Positions 13,348 through 24,731 of a stretch of DNA of 64,000 nt are shown one piece after another; position 1 is the stretch's first letter, and each line of letters opens with the position of its first letter. Under the pieces are notes generated by a model. It was not told where the DNA came from. It did not search any database and saw nothing but the letters and a program-made list of their open reading frames with translations. This DNA comes from Amphiscolops sp. MND2022 (taxonomy: Eukaryota): positions 558,001 to 622,000 of the forward strand of contig OZ076409.1 in assembly GCA_964187785.1 (NCBI GenBank), in the 5' to 3' direction. Both the position numbers and the translations under genes were made by a program.

Positions 13348-14081
13348 CAGTCCTGTAATAAAAGAATGGAACCCCTGTTTGGTAATTAAGTTTGGAACGC
13401 CTGATGAGTTTGCGAATTTCTCAAAAACTGTCAAATTTTCCAAAATTTGATAGAAACAAAAGTTTCTTGGATTTTTGTCTCGTTTACATTCGTCTAATTT
13501 TCGAAGCCTTAAAACTAATGAGGCAATTTTGCAAATAAAACATTTTACATGAAAAACTTGAGTTGCAGAGTCCAAATTAGGAGCGGAATCTGGCCATTAT
13601 TTACTTTTTCATTTTGTTCAAGGTGCCAATCATTCACTAATTAAACTCTAAAATTTTGGGTACCCTACAGTGTGCATGTGAAAAGATAACCTCAAATCTA
13701 TAAGTCTTACATCAATTCCCAATCTGAATACATGTAGCGGAATAATTTCAGTGGAGATTGTCGATTTTCTTGGGACGTGTAAATACTAAATACCTCAAAG
13801 TTTGACAGTGCAATCAGTGGGCGATGACTGGGTTGATACACAAAAACTAATCAAAATTGTTTGTAAATTAGGCAAAAACTAAAAACTTGGTTTGCAAACC
13901 AAATATTACATAGAGAGATATTGAGAGCTAATTTCTCCAATATTAGTCATAGAAGTCATAGAAACTTTTTTATCAAAGGCGTTTCTCTTGAAAATTAATA
14001 GTTTCAGAGATAAAGGCAGAAAAATGAGGTGTTCCAAACATTATTACCAATTAGGGGTTCCCTTCTTTCATCACAGGACTG
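13348..14081. mobile_element. Tc1/mariner-type MITE in RPS8 intron 3
   Basis: TIR CAGTCCTGT(A/G)AT(A/G)AAAGAA(T/G)GGAACCCCT; TA flanks. Confidence 0.8.
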
Positions 14082-14085
14082 TATA

Positions 14086-14729
14086 CAGTATTGTGATTAA
14101 GAAATCTTCCCCCTAGGCGCTGAGCGTCGTTATCAACCAAATAAATTATCTTACTTGCTCTCACTTTTCAATTTGATTGGCGCATCAAGTGAAATCTCAG
14201 GCGCAGAACGAACACTTTTGTTACTTTCGCAGTTTCCGTAAATTTTCGAAATTTATTTCTCAAAACTTTAAGTTCATTGGATTCTGCAGATTGTCTAGAA
14301 TTCAATGATATATTTTTTGTTTCAGAAACATTTTTAATGAAAAAAATTCATTTCTCACCACGAAAACTCAATTTCCTATTTTAATACATGTAAATCGACA
14401 AAATTCCACCTTTCGAGCCTGATATTTCGAAAACAGTTGATTATTTTTGAAATCAAAATACATCCATGGATTCGGTAGATTTGTGGGAGTTAATTGAGCA
14501 TGAAACTTGGCAAAAAACTGTAGAGGAAACGGTCGAAAATTGAAAATTGCAAAAAGTCCCAAATTTGCTCAAAATCAGCTATTTGTAATTTTCTAAATTT
14601 TTGTCCCAGAAAAATTTAAAAACACTTGTTTAAACTAGATGAAATTCTAAGAAACTTTTATTTCTCAACCGATTTCGAGAAAATCGAGCCTAAAAGCGTG
14701 CGGGGGACGTTTTCCTAATCACAGTACTG
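14086..14729. mobile_element. Tc1/mariner-type MITE adjacent to the previous one
   Basis: TIR CAGTA(T/C)TGTGATTA(A/G)GAAA; TA flanks. Confidence 0.75.
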
Positions 14730-15955
14730 TACAGTAAGAACTGTAAGTTTCAAATAGTTGTTAGACCAATCAAAATACATAACCACTGACGCTCCAGTAG
14801 TTTTGTTTTGCTTTCCAACCATTCATGGAATGTCACTTTAAGGCAGGGTTGTCAATTATATACACTTTTTTTGACGAAAAATGCTTTTAACAGGTTTCTT
14901 TTCTCGAAATATATTGTTTTATTGTATTTCATTTTCTCCGCTTGGGAAAACTACCGTGGAAAACAATGTTATACACAACGGTTTTTCATTTCTTGCCAAA
15001 TATTTCATTGTACAAAAGTGTAACAAATGAAGATGAAGGAATATCTGCTGAAGGAATAATTGCTGAGTGAAGGTTCAATTGTTTCGAAGGTGTAGAAAAT
15101 TGGGTATATAAACCCTACTGGAATTCAGATTTAAAATCATATTGAAATTCCGTATCAGACAAAACTTCCCTGCGCTGCACTCAACTTTGACCCTTGTTGA
15201 AAGTATCTCGAAAAAGCGGCGGGGGGGGGGGTTCAAGCATTGGAATACAGCGTGTCAACAATATTAAAAATACATTTGGGGGGTTCTTGTCGTTTTCACT
15301 GAAAGTGTAGAGACTATTTCTCAATTCCACAAATGCATTCCATTAGCTGAGCGCTCTTCAATTGAATCACAAGCCAGTGACAAACGCGCCAATAACAGAG
15401 ACCCAACTGTAATGAACGGAATTCGTTTCTCTCACAACTCAATGATTTCGAGCGTGTAAACAATCAATAAGGAAGTTATTCCCTTTCGAAGATTACAATG
15501 AACCGTTGTTCCTTTCCTTAGAGACATTTCAAACAAGATAAGGACCATGCGTTCAATTCCCCCCACCCCCAAGCGGCGACAGGGGGGAAATAAGACAAAA
15601 GGTTCAAATACCATTATGTCGACATCACATTTGCGTTGAAATTTTGGTCCAATAAAATGATTGGCGTCGACATAATCCTATCCATTACATTGACTGTCAG
15701 TTAAAAGTTGCTCGTTTGATTTTATCACTGAGAAAATTTGCGTTGAAACAGGGGCCTTTCGATACTATTTTATCTTGTTCCAAGCGTGAATTTCTGCTAT
15801 TTTAGACAATAATATCGAAAAATAAGGGTATTTTTTGCCTGAAGTGTCAAAACAGTTGTAGAGGCAATCCTCTAAGTATTTACATTCATATAATATCTGT
15901 TTGGGGTGGAAATTGAAGACATGGTCCCAAGGGAAGACTAATTGGCACAACATAC

Positions 15956-16158
15956 TTTTTCAGGTGCGGGGGGCGGCGGTGCCTTTTTGTCGGCGCCCTT
16001 CTTGGCTGCTCCCTTTTTGCCGCCGGCTGCTCCCTTCTTGCCAGTCTCCTTCTTCTCCTCCACGGCCGCCGCCGCCGCCGTCTTGCGGGGTTTCCAGGGG
16101 CGAACCTTCTTCACGAACACATTCTCCGTGATGTCGGCCAACTCCATAAAGTCCTTGC
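15956..16158 (-). CDS. RPS8: RPS8-like exon 3 (Lys/Ala/Gly/Pro-rich insertion)
   Basis: Acceptor ttgttcaag|GC, donor AAA|GTATGT; its phases (1 to 0) exactly bridge exons 2 and 4. Confidence 0.78.
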
Positions 16159-16504
16159 CTTGAACAAGGAACAACCAACATTCAGAGAAAACCAACAACG
16201 CTAAAACTACACCACTTGCAGAGAACAGTCTAGAACCCGTCTGATAGACGAAGGGAAGTGTTCCTAACTTTTGTAAATTTCATTGCAGAAAATTCAAATG
16301 AAAATTCTTGAAAGCTACAAAAATTCTAAGGAACTTCCCCAACTGGCAATTTTTCGTATCCGTTACAGTTTTTATGATATTTCGATTTGAAAATTGCAAT
16401 TTTAAGCAATGGAGTTGCCATACTTTAGAAGCCAACAGCAGCCGACACGGTTAGGCTGCCACAAACAATGGAAGACGCAGCTCCATGTGAAGACTTTAGA
16501 GCCA

Positions 16505-16722
16505 GCAGCTAAACACCGGGATATTTTCAGCCTTGTCAAAAAATCAGGCGAAGGCGAGATTCGAACCCTTGACTGTCTACTGATCGATAGGCAGATGCAC
16601 TACCGACTGAGCCATCGTAGCAACTAACAGGGAGCGACTAACATGGAGATGGTGGTAGAATTTGGAGGAACAGATAGGCAACACAGATTATGATTTTCCT
16701 CCCCTACTCAATAGCGCGCGCG
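16505..16722 (-). mobile_element. Family 2 short element, diverged, with a tRNA-like core
   Basis: GCTAAACACCGGGATATTTTC end; TGGCTCAGTCGG A box, GGTTCGAATC B box, T6 run; GCAACACAGATTATGATTTTC near the other end. Confidence 0.6.
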
Positions 16723-16787
16723 TGAGTGTATATGAAATGTATGAAATGTATCTGTCAGCCAGCCAGCCAGCCAGCCAACCAACTAAC

Positions 16788-17017
16788 CCTGGGCCTTGCC
16801 GACGGCGTAGCGCTCCTGGTACCAGGCCTTGAAGGCGCTGGCGTCTATCTTGACGATGCAGCTCTTCACGATGGTCTTGGTCCTGACCAGCTCGTTGTTG
16901 GTGGAGTTGAAGACCACGTCCAGAATCTTCGCCTTCCGCGCACACTTCTCCGAGGGCCAGAAGAAGTTGCCCGTGTCCAGTCTCAGCGCCCGCATCTTGA
17001 TGTTGCCCCCTCGACAC
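16788..17017 (-). CDS. RPS8: RPS8-like exon 2
   Basis: [19 protein letters not shown]...[16 protein letters not shown]; acceptor ggtag|G, donor G|GTTAGT. Confidence 0.92.
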
Positions 17018-17939
17018 CTACCACCACCAACCAACCATCTTACAAACTACAACTACAAATTACCCTCAACACTCATTTCACCGTCCTCAATAATAGAAGA
17101 AACATACATATCTGCAATACTATACTATACTATACACTCCTGCTGTTTAATCATTATATAGAACATAATTAATCACTGTACCATTTCACACCGCCTTTGA
17201 TTTTTCTCGGACTACAAGCTTTGTTACTTGAACAAGAGAAATAACAACGAACAAGCGTACAACGACACATATTGGCATGAAAAAATGAAATTTGTACAGA
17301 AAAAAACCGGCGACGCTAACATTTACCGGCTAGTGTAATTAAAATGTTGTGCCGTGAAATGAACGCACACCAATGGAGATTAACAGCTGAAAAGCAGACC
17401 CGAAATCAGGTTCAATGTGATTAACCTCGACAGTGACTTCGTCCTCAAATGAGGACAGCAATTTTTTTCAATCAATAAAAATTACGAAACGCAAAAAGCA
17501 TATAGGAAAACGAAAATTTGTTTTTCTCATCGACAATGTATTGGACTATCTGGGGTGAATTGTTATTTGTGTCAATATAGTTTGGTTTTCGAACGACCGT
17601 CAAAAAAAAGTCATTGAAAAAAGTGAAAAATTGCAAAAAAGTACATTTCAGAAAATTCGCTTTTTCTCCATGAAAACACCTGTTTGCACACTCTGGTAAC
17701 ACAGTTTGCCACCAATGAAAACGCATATAGAAGTTTTTTCAATCAAGCTTCAGGCTGATGAGTTCAACCGACATTTGAAAGGCAGGCCCGGGGCAATTTG
17801 TCAACTTTTCCACTTCTCGGTGTACTCACGAGGTTACATATCACCTTCCCTGATCACCAGTTAACTCAAGAATAAAGCAAGAACAGTTACTCAAAAGATA
17901 TGATATTTGAATAACAAGACAAGGAGAACATCTCAAATA

Positions 17940-18280
17940 TGCTGAGAAAAGATAAAAAATCGAAGGGGATACTATTTAGGGTCCAAAAGCGCTTTTTACA
18001 GTTTGAAAACATCAAAAACCCCGTCCAGAGGAGACCTTTAGGTCTTGTCTCGAACAGCAAAAATGAAAAAAACTGTTGCCGCGTGGGATTCGAACGCACG
18101 ATCTGCTTGCGATGCGAAGCAAGCACCGTAAACACTAGTGTGTCGAGACTTTTGGGGTGAAAATCCACAACCTTCTTTGGGGTGAAAGTTAAACATTCAG
18201 TGAGAAGTCTGTGGTCTCACAAAAGAGAAACGTTTGCCACAGCAACAGCCGGGCACTGTTATAGAAAGCGCCGACTAAAA
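17940..18280 (-). mobile_element. HINE-like family 1 partial copy with a tRNA-like B-box cassette
   Basis: Ends GCGCCGACTAAAA; minus-strand GTTCGAATCCC followed by a T6 run at ~18066-18095. Confidence 0.55.
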
Positions 18281-18337
18281 CTTAATAGTACTGTGAGCTA
18301 CCCGCCCGTGGGGGCGCAGCAGAAGAAGAACACTGAC

Positions 18338-18477
18338 CTCACGGGGCGCACTCGCTTGGCCATGAGGCGGGTGTTGGCGGCGGGACGACCCAACTCGAAC
18401 TTCCTCTTCTTGCGCCACTTGTTGAAGCGGCCGCCAGTCTTCTTGCGCTTGTGGAACTTGGCCTGTGAAATGCCCAT
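18338..18477 (-). CDS. RPS8: 40S ribosomal protein S8 (eS8)-like, coding exon 1
   Basis: [36 protein letters not shown]; donor AG|GTCAGT. Confidence 0.92.
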
Positions 18478-19302
18478 CCTCTGAAAACATACATCATGAC
18501 GTCATTCGCGAAAAACAACTCAACTGCCGAAAATTTCATCAACGGAAACATTCAAGTGTCGAGAAGTTTGTAGTTAGGGTCGACCACAGTTGTTTGGGTA
18601 CTTTGGGTACTGACACTTTCCTTTTATAAAAGCTACACAAACAAATGTAGTCCCCCTGATTTTTTGTACATCTTTGACTTTCATGAAATTACGATGAGAT
18701 AAAATTAAATAACCTAGCAGAATTGTTGATCATCATAACATTAATCGCTTAATTGCTAAATAATGAGTTTCTGGAACGATGCAAAAATAATGGGAAGGCT
18801 TCTGCGGCAATTTTGTCTCGATAAACTGAAATAACAGCCATTTTGAAATACAACAAGATGAAATGCGACTTTGTGGTATTTATAATGCAATTTCCCGGAA
18901 CTATTCATGAAATCAAAGACTTTTGTGACTGAAAACATACACGTCGTCTTCTAAAGAATAATAGAGAAAAGGCCAAATTATTCATCACTCATGCGGCCCA
19001 GTCAAAACTGAAGTGCATTGTTTTCACTGAACGAAACCGATTTCATATCACAAATATCGAATGAATATCTGACCAATGAAAGGAAAACTTTTCAAAACAA
19101 TTTTCATGTTAAGGCCGCCGCAATCACAGATCTACTGCGAGGGAAGACTGTACACGAGGGAAGACTGTCCTGAATTACAACAAACCAATCTGGGCGGGCG
19201 CTCATCCTGACGATCAATCCTTTGTGATTTTCTTCCTTTTTATTGTTTTTTAGAAGCGCGTACCGAAACTGTGATTTCGTGGCGAGATTTTTAGCGAGCG
19301 TG

Positions 19303-19714
19303 TTTTTAGTCGGCGCATTTTATCAAAATGAGCCCGACTATTGCAGTGGCAAGTTTTTTTCTTTTTTTTCCGTCAGACCACAGAATGTATGCGTAGTGGA
19401 CACTTTTTCTACAGAACTACTAACCTACTGGACCGGCAAGCGGAAACGCATCTAAGTTAGTGCAAAAGGTCCCCCTTTCGTGTACTCAATTTTTAACGAA
19501 AGGGACTACAGGATCCCCCTTTGAATTTTTCCGGCACTGTGCGACTTTTTTTCGAATTTTTTTGTCGCCAAAGGGTCCCCCCTTCAACTTTTTTTGATAT
19601 TTTGCAACAAACTTGATTTGAAAAAGTGTAAAGGGTCCCCCTTTTACAATTTTGAAAACTTTGCGCCTTTTGAGCCTTAGATATAGTGCCGACTTTAAAC
19701 GTTCCCGTCTTGTT
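19303..19714 (+). mobile_element. DINE-1/HINE-like element, family 1
   Basis: TTTTTAGTCGGCGC...CCCGACTA...GCCGACTTTAAACGTTCCCGTCTTGTT. Confidence 0.75.
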
Positions 19715-20308
19715 CCATTCAGTTTCACTAGACCGTTATTGACACTGCAAGGAGGCTCTGCAGCTTGCAGCGTGACGACACATTTTCCCAACCCTCGTTT
19801 CTGGACTAGCCTAAATCTCGTCAAATAATCCCGGCAGAAACATTGTTTATTGCTAACAAACCTGGAATCATAGCGCGCGGTTGAAATAAGAAAGAGACTC
19901 CGGCGTGGATTTTGAATGCAAACGTTGCAGAGAAACATTGCAAGAAAATTAATTCCAATTTTATGTACAATGGCAAAGTTATTTACATATTAGACACTAA
20001 AAAATAAAAGTCAACATATTTAACATATAATTACAAAATACAAATATTGAAACCACGAATTGGCACTATTATTAGAGAGTGACTGCTTTCCATTAGAAGA
20101 GACAGATGCAAAATAGCTTCCAGACAAACTGTATGCAGTGTTAAAATCACACATTTCGATCAACGAATAGGGACAAGATCCGAAACACAGATCCTAATTT
20201 CTAATTGGCAGAGAAAGAGGTTTCTATCATGTGCCAAGCATAGTCCAGGGAGCGATATTAAATTGGAAAGCAGTTTTGGAAGTTGTGGTGAGTGAATTAC
20301 CGATCCAA

Positions 20309-23245
20309 TCACCAGATACTGGTGGAGGTGAGGTCCTGACTGGCTCTGAGTGAGTTGAGATAGTCCTGCTCGTCCTGCAGGATCTGGTCATCGGATTGGG
20401 CAGAAGACCTCAGATACTCCAGGTCATACTCTAGCTGAAGAGCCTTCCGCATCTGCTCCACACTCAAGGCGTTGTTTATCTGCGACGTGAAGTCGGCAGG
20501 GGTATTGAACCCAGAGTCATTCATAGCACCCAGTGAGCTAGTCACAGTCACCATCGTTCTCTCTTTCGCGGCGCCCGTCGTCGACCTCGCCAGATCCGGC
20601 ATCGAAGGAGCCACGTTCAGATCCAGGGGTTGTTCCATGGAGAAAGTGGGTAGAATAGGTGATTTCACGGGGCCGGAGCATTTGGAACAGACCAAGGTAT
20701 CTTTTTTGGCTTCCAGACTTCTATGTTGCTGAGCCAAAAGCAGCCTCTCTTGGGCCAGACTTTGTTCCTGTGCCCTGAGAGAAGCCAGCTTCTCCTTGAT
20801 CTGCTGCAGCCTGTGCTTCTCTTCCAGCTCAATGCCAGTTGCCTTGTTCAACGCTTGCAGGCCTTCCTCTCTGATCTTGGAAGCATCAGCTGCCAAATTC
20901 TCCAATTGCAGGTATCTGTGTTTGTTCTCCATCATCGACTCGTCCAGAGTCTTTCTCTCAATCTCGAACTTCCTCTTGCTCTCATCCAACAGAGCTTTCT
21001 CTTGCTCCAATTTGTCTCTATCCACCTTCAATTGCGCCGAGGTTTTGGCAAGAACTTCGTGTTCTTGAGCAATGGCCTTCAGTGAACCTGAAATGTCAGC
21101 CTCCACTTGAGCATTCTTGAGAGATTCGTGTTTCTCTCTCTCCGAGTACGACTTCATCGACGCTTCCAACTTGGCTCTTTCGATGCCGAGAAGTCTGCGC
21201 TCTTCGTACAACTGGGATCGCTCCTCTTTCTGCTCCTTCTCGAAATCGCTTTTTGCTTTGTCCAGCCAACTTCGTTCCTGAGCAATTTTGTTCAACTGTT
21301 CTTCTTGTTGTAAATGCAAGTTTTTCTTTTCGGCCGCAACTCTAGCTTGATCTTGCATCAGAGTGAACTTGTCGTTCTCCAAACTCGATGCAGTATCTCT
21401 CATGTGCACCTCCATTTTCGCAATCAGCTCCTGAATTTTGCGCCTCTCTCGTTCCGTGTCGTACAGTTGTCTTTCCAATCGGTCTTCCTGAATTTTGATT
21501 TCATTCTCTTTAGCTCTGATCTGGAATTCACGAGCATCCAACGTACTCGATGTTTTATTTCCCAAGTTGCAAGAGATTTCGTTAATTGTCCTAGCCTGAC
21601 TCTCCAATTGTTCTACAACCACATTAACAGATTGTAAATGGGAAGAAGCCGATCTAATGGCTTCTATCTCCATCTCCTTCTGCTTTTTCACACCCTCCAC
21701 TTTTCTTTCAAACTCCATTTTGGCTTCGCTAAAATTTCTTTCACTGAGAAGCCGCAGATTTTCAAGGGCTGTCTGGTGCCTCAGTTCAGCCTCCTGAAGA
21801 TTCCGATCGTGTCTTGCAATCAAGTCAACCCTGTCCTTCTCCATCAGCTCCATAATTGACTTGAAATGTTTTTCAATGGCTTCCTTTTCCTCTTTAGATC
21901 GTTTCATTTCATCTTCGTGTAACTCGTTCAAATGCTTCAGCTTATTTTCGTACTTCTTGACTAACAACTCCTTTTCTTCATTGAACATTGTAGTCACTTC
22001 AGTAACGGAAGTGTTGACTTCAGCTGGCCTCTTGACCGGAGACGTTTCCCGGCGGGTAGCGGAGTCATCGAAGAGGTTTGAAAGAGTTTGAGAAATAGAT
22101 TTCCTTCTAGTGGATGTTGGCTGCTTCGACACCTCACTGTTGGCTGCTACACTATAGGCATGGTCAACATTGGATTCCACAACGCGTTTCACATCCGAAG
22201 AGGGTTCCATGGCAGAGTCGCGAGATTTCACTGAGGGTCCACTCATGAGGGAAAGTAGGTCATCATTACTGCCTTTCTCACGAGACGGTAATGTTTTGGC
22301 TTCAGACGATAACCCATTAAAGGGCAAGTCTTTCATCTTCTCTTGGGGTGTTTGATAGTGTTCAATCTGTTTAATTTTACCAGTTGAAGGAGTTTTAGGT
22401 CCAAGCAATTGATCGAGAGGAATTTCGTCTCCAAAAAGTGGCTCATTCGGGCTAGTAGACGGTCTCAAATCTATTCTTTCAGGAGCTTTCGCGCTTAGAG
22501 ACGAACTAGTCTTCGGCCGTTCTTGCTCTACATTGGTTTGCCGCGACTTCGCCAAATTCATCCAGTCATTGGTAGCTTCTGGTCTTTCATCTTCCTTGAG
22601 CCAATCAGATATTGAACTTGACTTGTTGTCGCCAGCGAGTATGTCCAGAACAGATTCAGACCCCTTCCCTTTTAGCAGAGAAGGTGCTTTGCGGCCAGAA
22701 AGTACGCTTTCTGTTTCCAAAATGCTTTCCCCACCAAACTTAACAACCGACCCTTGTGTACTTTGGAAATCGGCTTTTCCTTTTCTCGTACCTCTACTGC
22801 TGAGGGAAGGCTGATATCCTCGACCGCTCAATGATTCCATATCATCTTCCTGTGTAACCTTCAGAAGTGGTTTTTGCGGTTTACTATCCAACCTTCGCTC
22901 ACCTGTCGGTGGCCTTTTACTGTCAGAACCGCCTGTTCCTAATAAACCATCAATTGTGATGTCACTTTCAACTGTAGCTTTTTTAACAGACTGATCCAAA
23001 AGTAAATCAGTTGGATTATCGTCACCCCAGTCAATATCTTTCTCGACTTTAAACATTTTGCGTTTAGTGATAGTAGGTTTTTCGCTCGAGACAGAGCCTT
23101 CATGTTTATCTGCCGGTTCTTTTTTAAGATCTGTTGCAGATGTTGGCTCATCGGTATTCTTCACAGGGCCACTTTCCGTACTTTTCGTGGCAGGGGCACC
23201 TCCAATGACATCCAGTAGATCTTCGAAGTCATCGGGGTCAGACAT
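20309..23245 (-). CDS. FBF1: Fas-binding factor 1 (FBF1/DYF-19/Twitchy)-like centriolar distal-appendage coiled-coil protein, single coding exon, 978 aa
   Basis: Long uninterrupted ORF with a disordered N-half and coiled-coil C-half; ASSHLQSVNVVVEQLE...REFQIRAKENEIK...ERERRKIQELIAKME resembles FBF1; ATG at 23245 follows a ttttccag acceptor. Confidence 0.78.
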   Translation of the reverse strand: MSDPDDFEDLLDVIGGAPATKSTESGPVKNTDEPTSATDLKKEPADKHEGSVSSEKPTITKRKMFKVEKDIDWGDDNPTDLLLDQSVKKATVESDITIDGLLGTGGSDSKRPPTGERRLDSKPQKPLLKVTQEDDMESLSGRGYQPSLSSRGTRKGKADFQSTQGSVVKFGGESILETESVLSGRKAPSLLKGKGSESVLDILAGDNKSSSISDWLKEDERPEATNDWMNLAKSRQTNVEQERPKTSSSLSAKAPERIDLRPSTSPNEPLFGDEIPLDQLLGPKTPSTGKIKQIEHYQTPQEKMKDLPFNGLSSEAKTLPSREKGSNDDLLSLMSGPSVKSRDSAMEPSSDVKRVVESNVDHAYSVAANSEVSKQPTSTRRKSISQTLSNLFDDSATRRETSPVKRPAEVNTSVTEVTTMFNEEKELLVKKYENKLKHLNELHEDEMKRSKEEKEAIEKHFKSIMELMEKDRVDLIARHDRNLQEAELRHQTALENLRLLSERNFSEAKMEFERKVEGVKKQKEMEIEAIRSASSHLQSVNVVVEQLESQARTINEISCNLGNKTSSTLDAREFQIRAKENEIKIQEDRLERQLYDTERERRKIQELIAKMEVHMRDTASSLENDKFTLMQDQARVAAEKKNLHLQQEEQLNKIAQERSWLDKAKSDFEKEQKEERSQLYEERRLLGIERAKLEASMKSYSEREKHESLKNAQVEADISGSLKAIAQEHEVLAKTSAQLKVDRDKLEQEKALLDESKRKFEIERKTLDESMMENKHRYLQLENLAADASKIREEGLQALNKATGIELEEKHRLQQIKEKLASLRAQEQSLAQERLLLAQQHRSLEAKKDTLVCSKCSGPVKSPILPTFSMEQPLDLNVAPSMPDLARSTTGAAKERTMVTVTSSLGAMNDSGFNTPADFTSQINNALSVEQMRKALQLEYDLEYLRSSAQSDDQILQDEQDYLNSLRASQDLTSTSIW

Positions 23246-23964
23246 TGTGATCTGGAAAATCATTTGAAAGTAAAACTACTACTACTACGAAAAGACTTTA
23301 ATTACCATTCTGATATGAAGTGGTAAATTTTTTTAACCCCTCAGATCGTCGTCATTTATCTAGTGCCGTTTCGGTCATCATGTAGGGGGGAGATGACGCA
23401 CACCCGTGGTCTGCAACCAAAAGGAAACGAAATAAACGAAGCACCACTACACATGCCAGCCACTATCCCAGTAGGACAGAACCAAAACAATAAAAACAGG
23501 CACGACATATTGTCGCGACTGGCTTCGAGCGGGAACGTTCAATGGTCTGTAAAAGGTGCTACAAACTGAAACCATGTTAACTTATCATGTCTCAGATCAG
23601 GAAATTTTGATGAAAGAACTGAAAGACGAATGAGACTTTTTTCCGGGAAAAATGAAGAAATGTATTTTTGGCTGTGACCCGAAGGTGTCATACTTCATGA
23701 CAAAAGAAACCTCTATTTGTAGAAACATTGTCATTAAAACATTTATTTCATTCACTGATTACCTCTTCAGATCGGCTGAAGATCAGCTCTTCAGATCGGC
23801 AATGCGGCCTGTGTTCTAGGAACTGTGAGCGACAGAGATGCATTCGAAGAAATTTATTACATATAGCCCAATTTTTTTGACCTTTAAATCATAGCAGCTT
23901 TAAAGAAAAATTCTACCGGTCGACTGCATAGTGGCTGGTTTGAGTAGTCTGTTGGTTGTTTTTT

Positions 23965-24545
23965 TGTTACTGGTCTACTGGTATAGTGGCTGGTATGGGG
24001 TCCCCTACTTTCGTTGCAGACCACGGGTGTGTGTCTTCTCCTCCTTCCAACATGATGATACACATGGCACTTGATTGATGACGAAGATCCATGATATCCG
24101 ATAGAGGAAAAAAATGATTACCTGGATTTGTTACTGCTCGACTGGGATAGTGACTGGTATGGGGTTCCTTACCTTCGTTGTGACCACGGGTGTGTGTCTT
24201 CCCCCAACATGATGATAAACATGGCACTTGATTGACGACGGAGATCCATATATGATACAGGAAATTTTTTACTCGTGTTTTTTTCCTCTATCATATATCA
24301 TGGATCTTTGTCATCAATCAAGTGCTATGTGTATCATCAAGTTGGGGGGGGAGAAGACACACGGATACAGGACAATTTGCCAAGACAATTTGCCGAAATT
24401 TTTTTCTTCATCAGATATCACGGATCTTCGTCATCAATCAAGTGCCATGTGTATCATCATGTTGGAAGGAGAAGACATACACCCGTGGTCTGCAACGAAC
24501 GTAGGGAACCCCATACTAGCCACTATCCCAAAAGACAAGTAACAA
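23965..24545. repeat. Fold-back array of a ~150-bp unit (two forward and two inverted copies); related sequence at ~23395-23490 and ~50200-50505
   Basis: TTCGTTGCAGACCACGGGTGTG...GGCACTTGATTGATGACGAAGATCC and its reverse complement at ~24415-24500. Confidence 0.8.
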
Positions 24546-24731
24546 AAACAATAACCAGAGCCGCATATGCGGTAAAGCAGTCGGTTACCAGTCACTTGGC
24601 TTAATACCATTTGGCTTATTTTTTTTCGTCGAGTCATTTGGCTTGAAAATTTTAAGCCAAGTGACCACAAAATTAAACCAACTCCATTCCAACTCAAAGA
24701 ATAATTATGTCAACTCCCGGAAATATCATAG

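Noticed and set aside
17750..17800. Hammerhead ribozyme at CTGATGAG (also 10270 and 13400)
   Set aside because: No stem II closed by C-GAAA and no matching stems I and III could be built by eye.
20472..23267. Plus-strand ORFs overlapping FBF1 (likewise antisense ORFs over BEL pol and the RPS8/PGD exons)
   Set aside because: Antisense shadows of real coding sequence.
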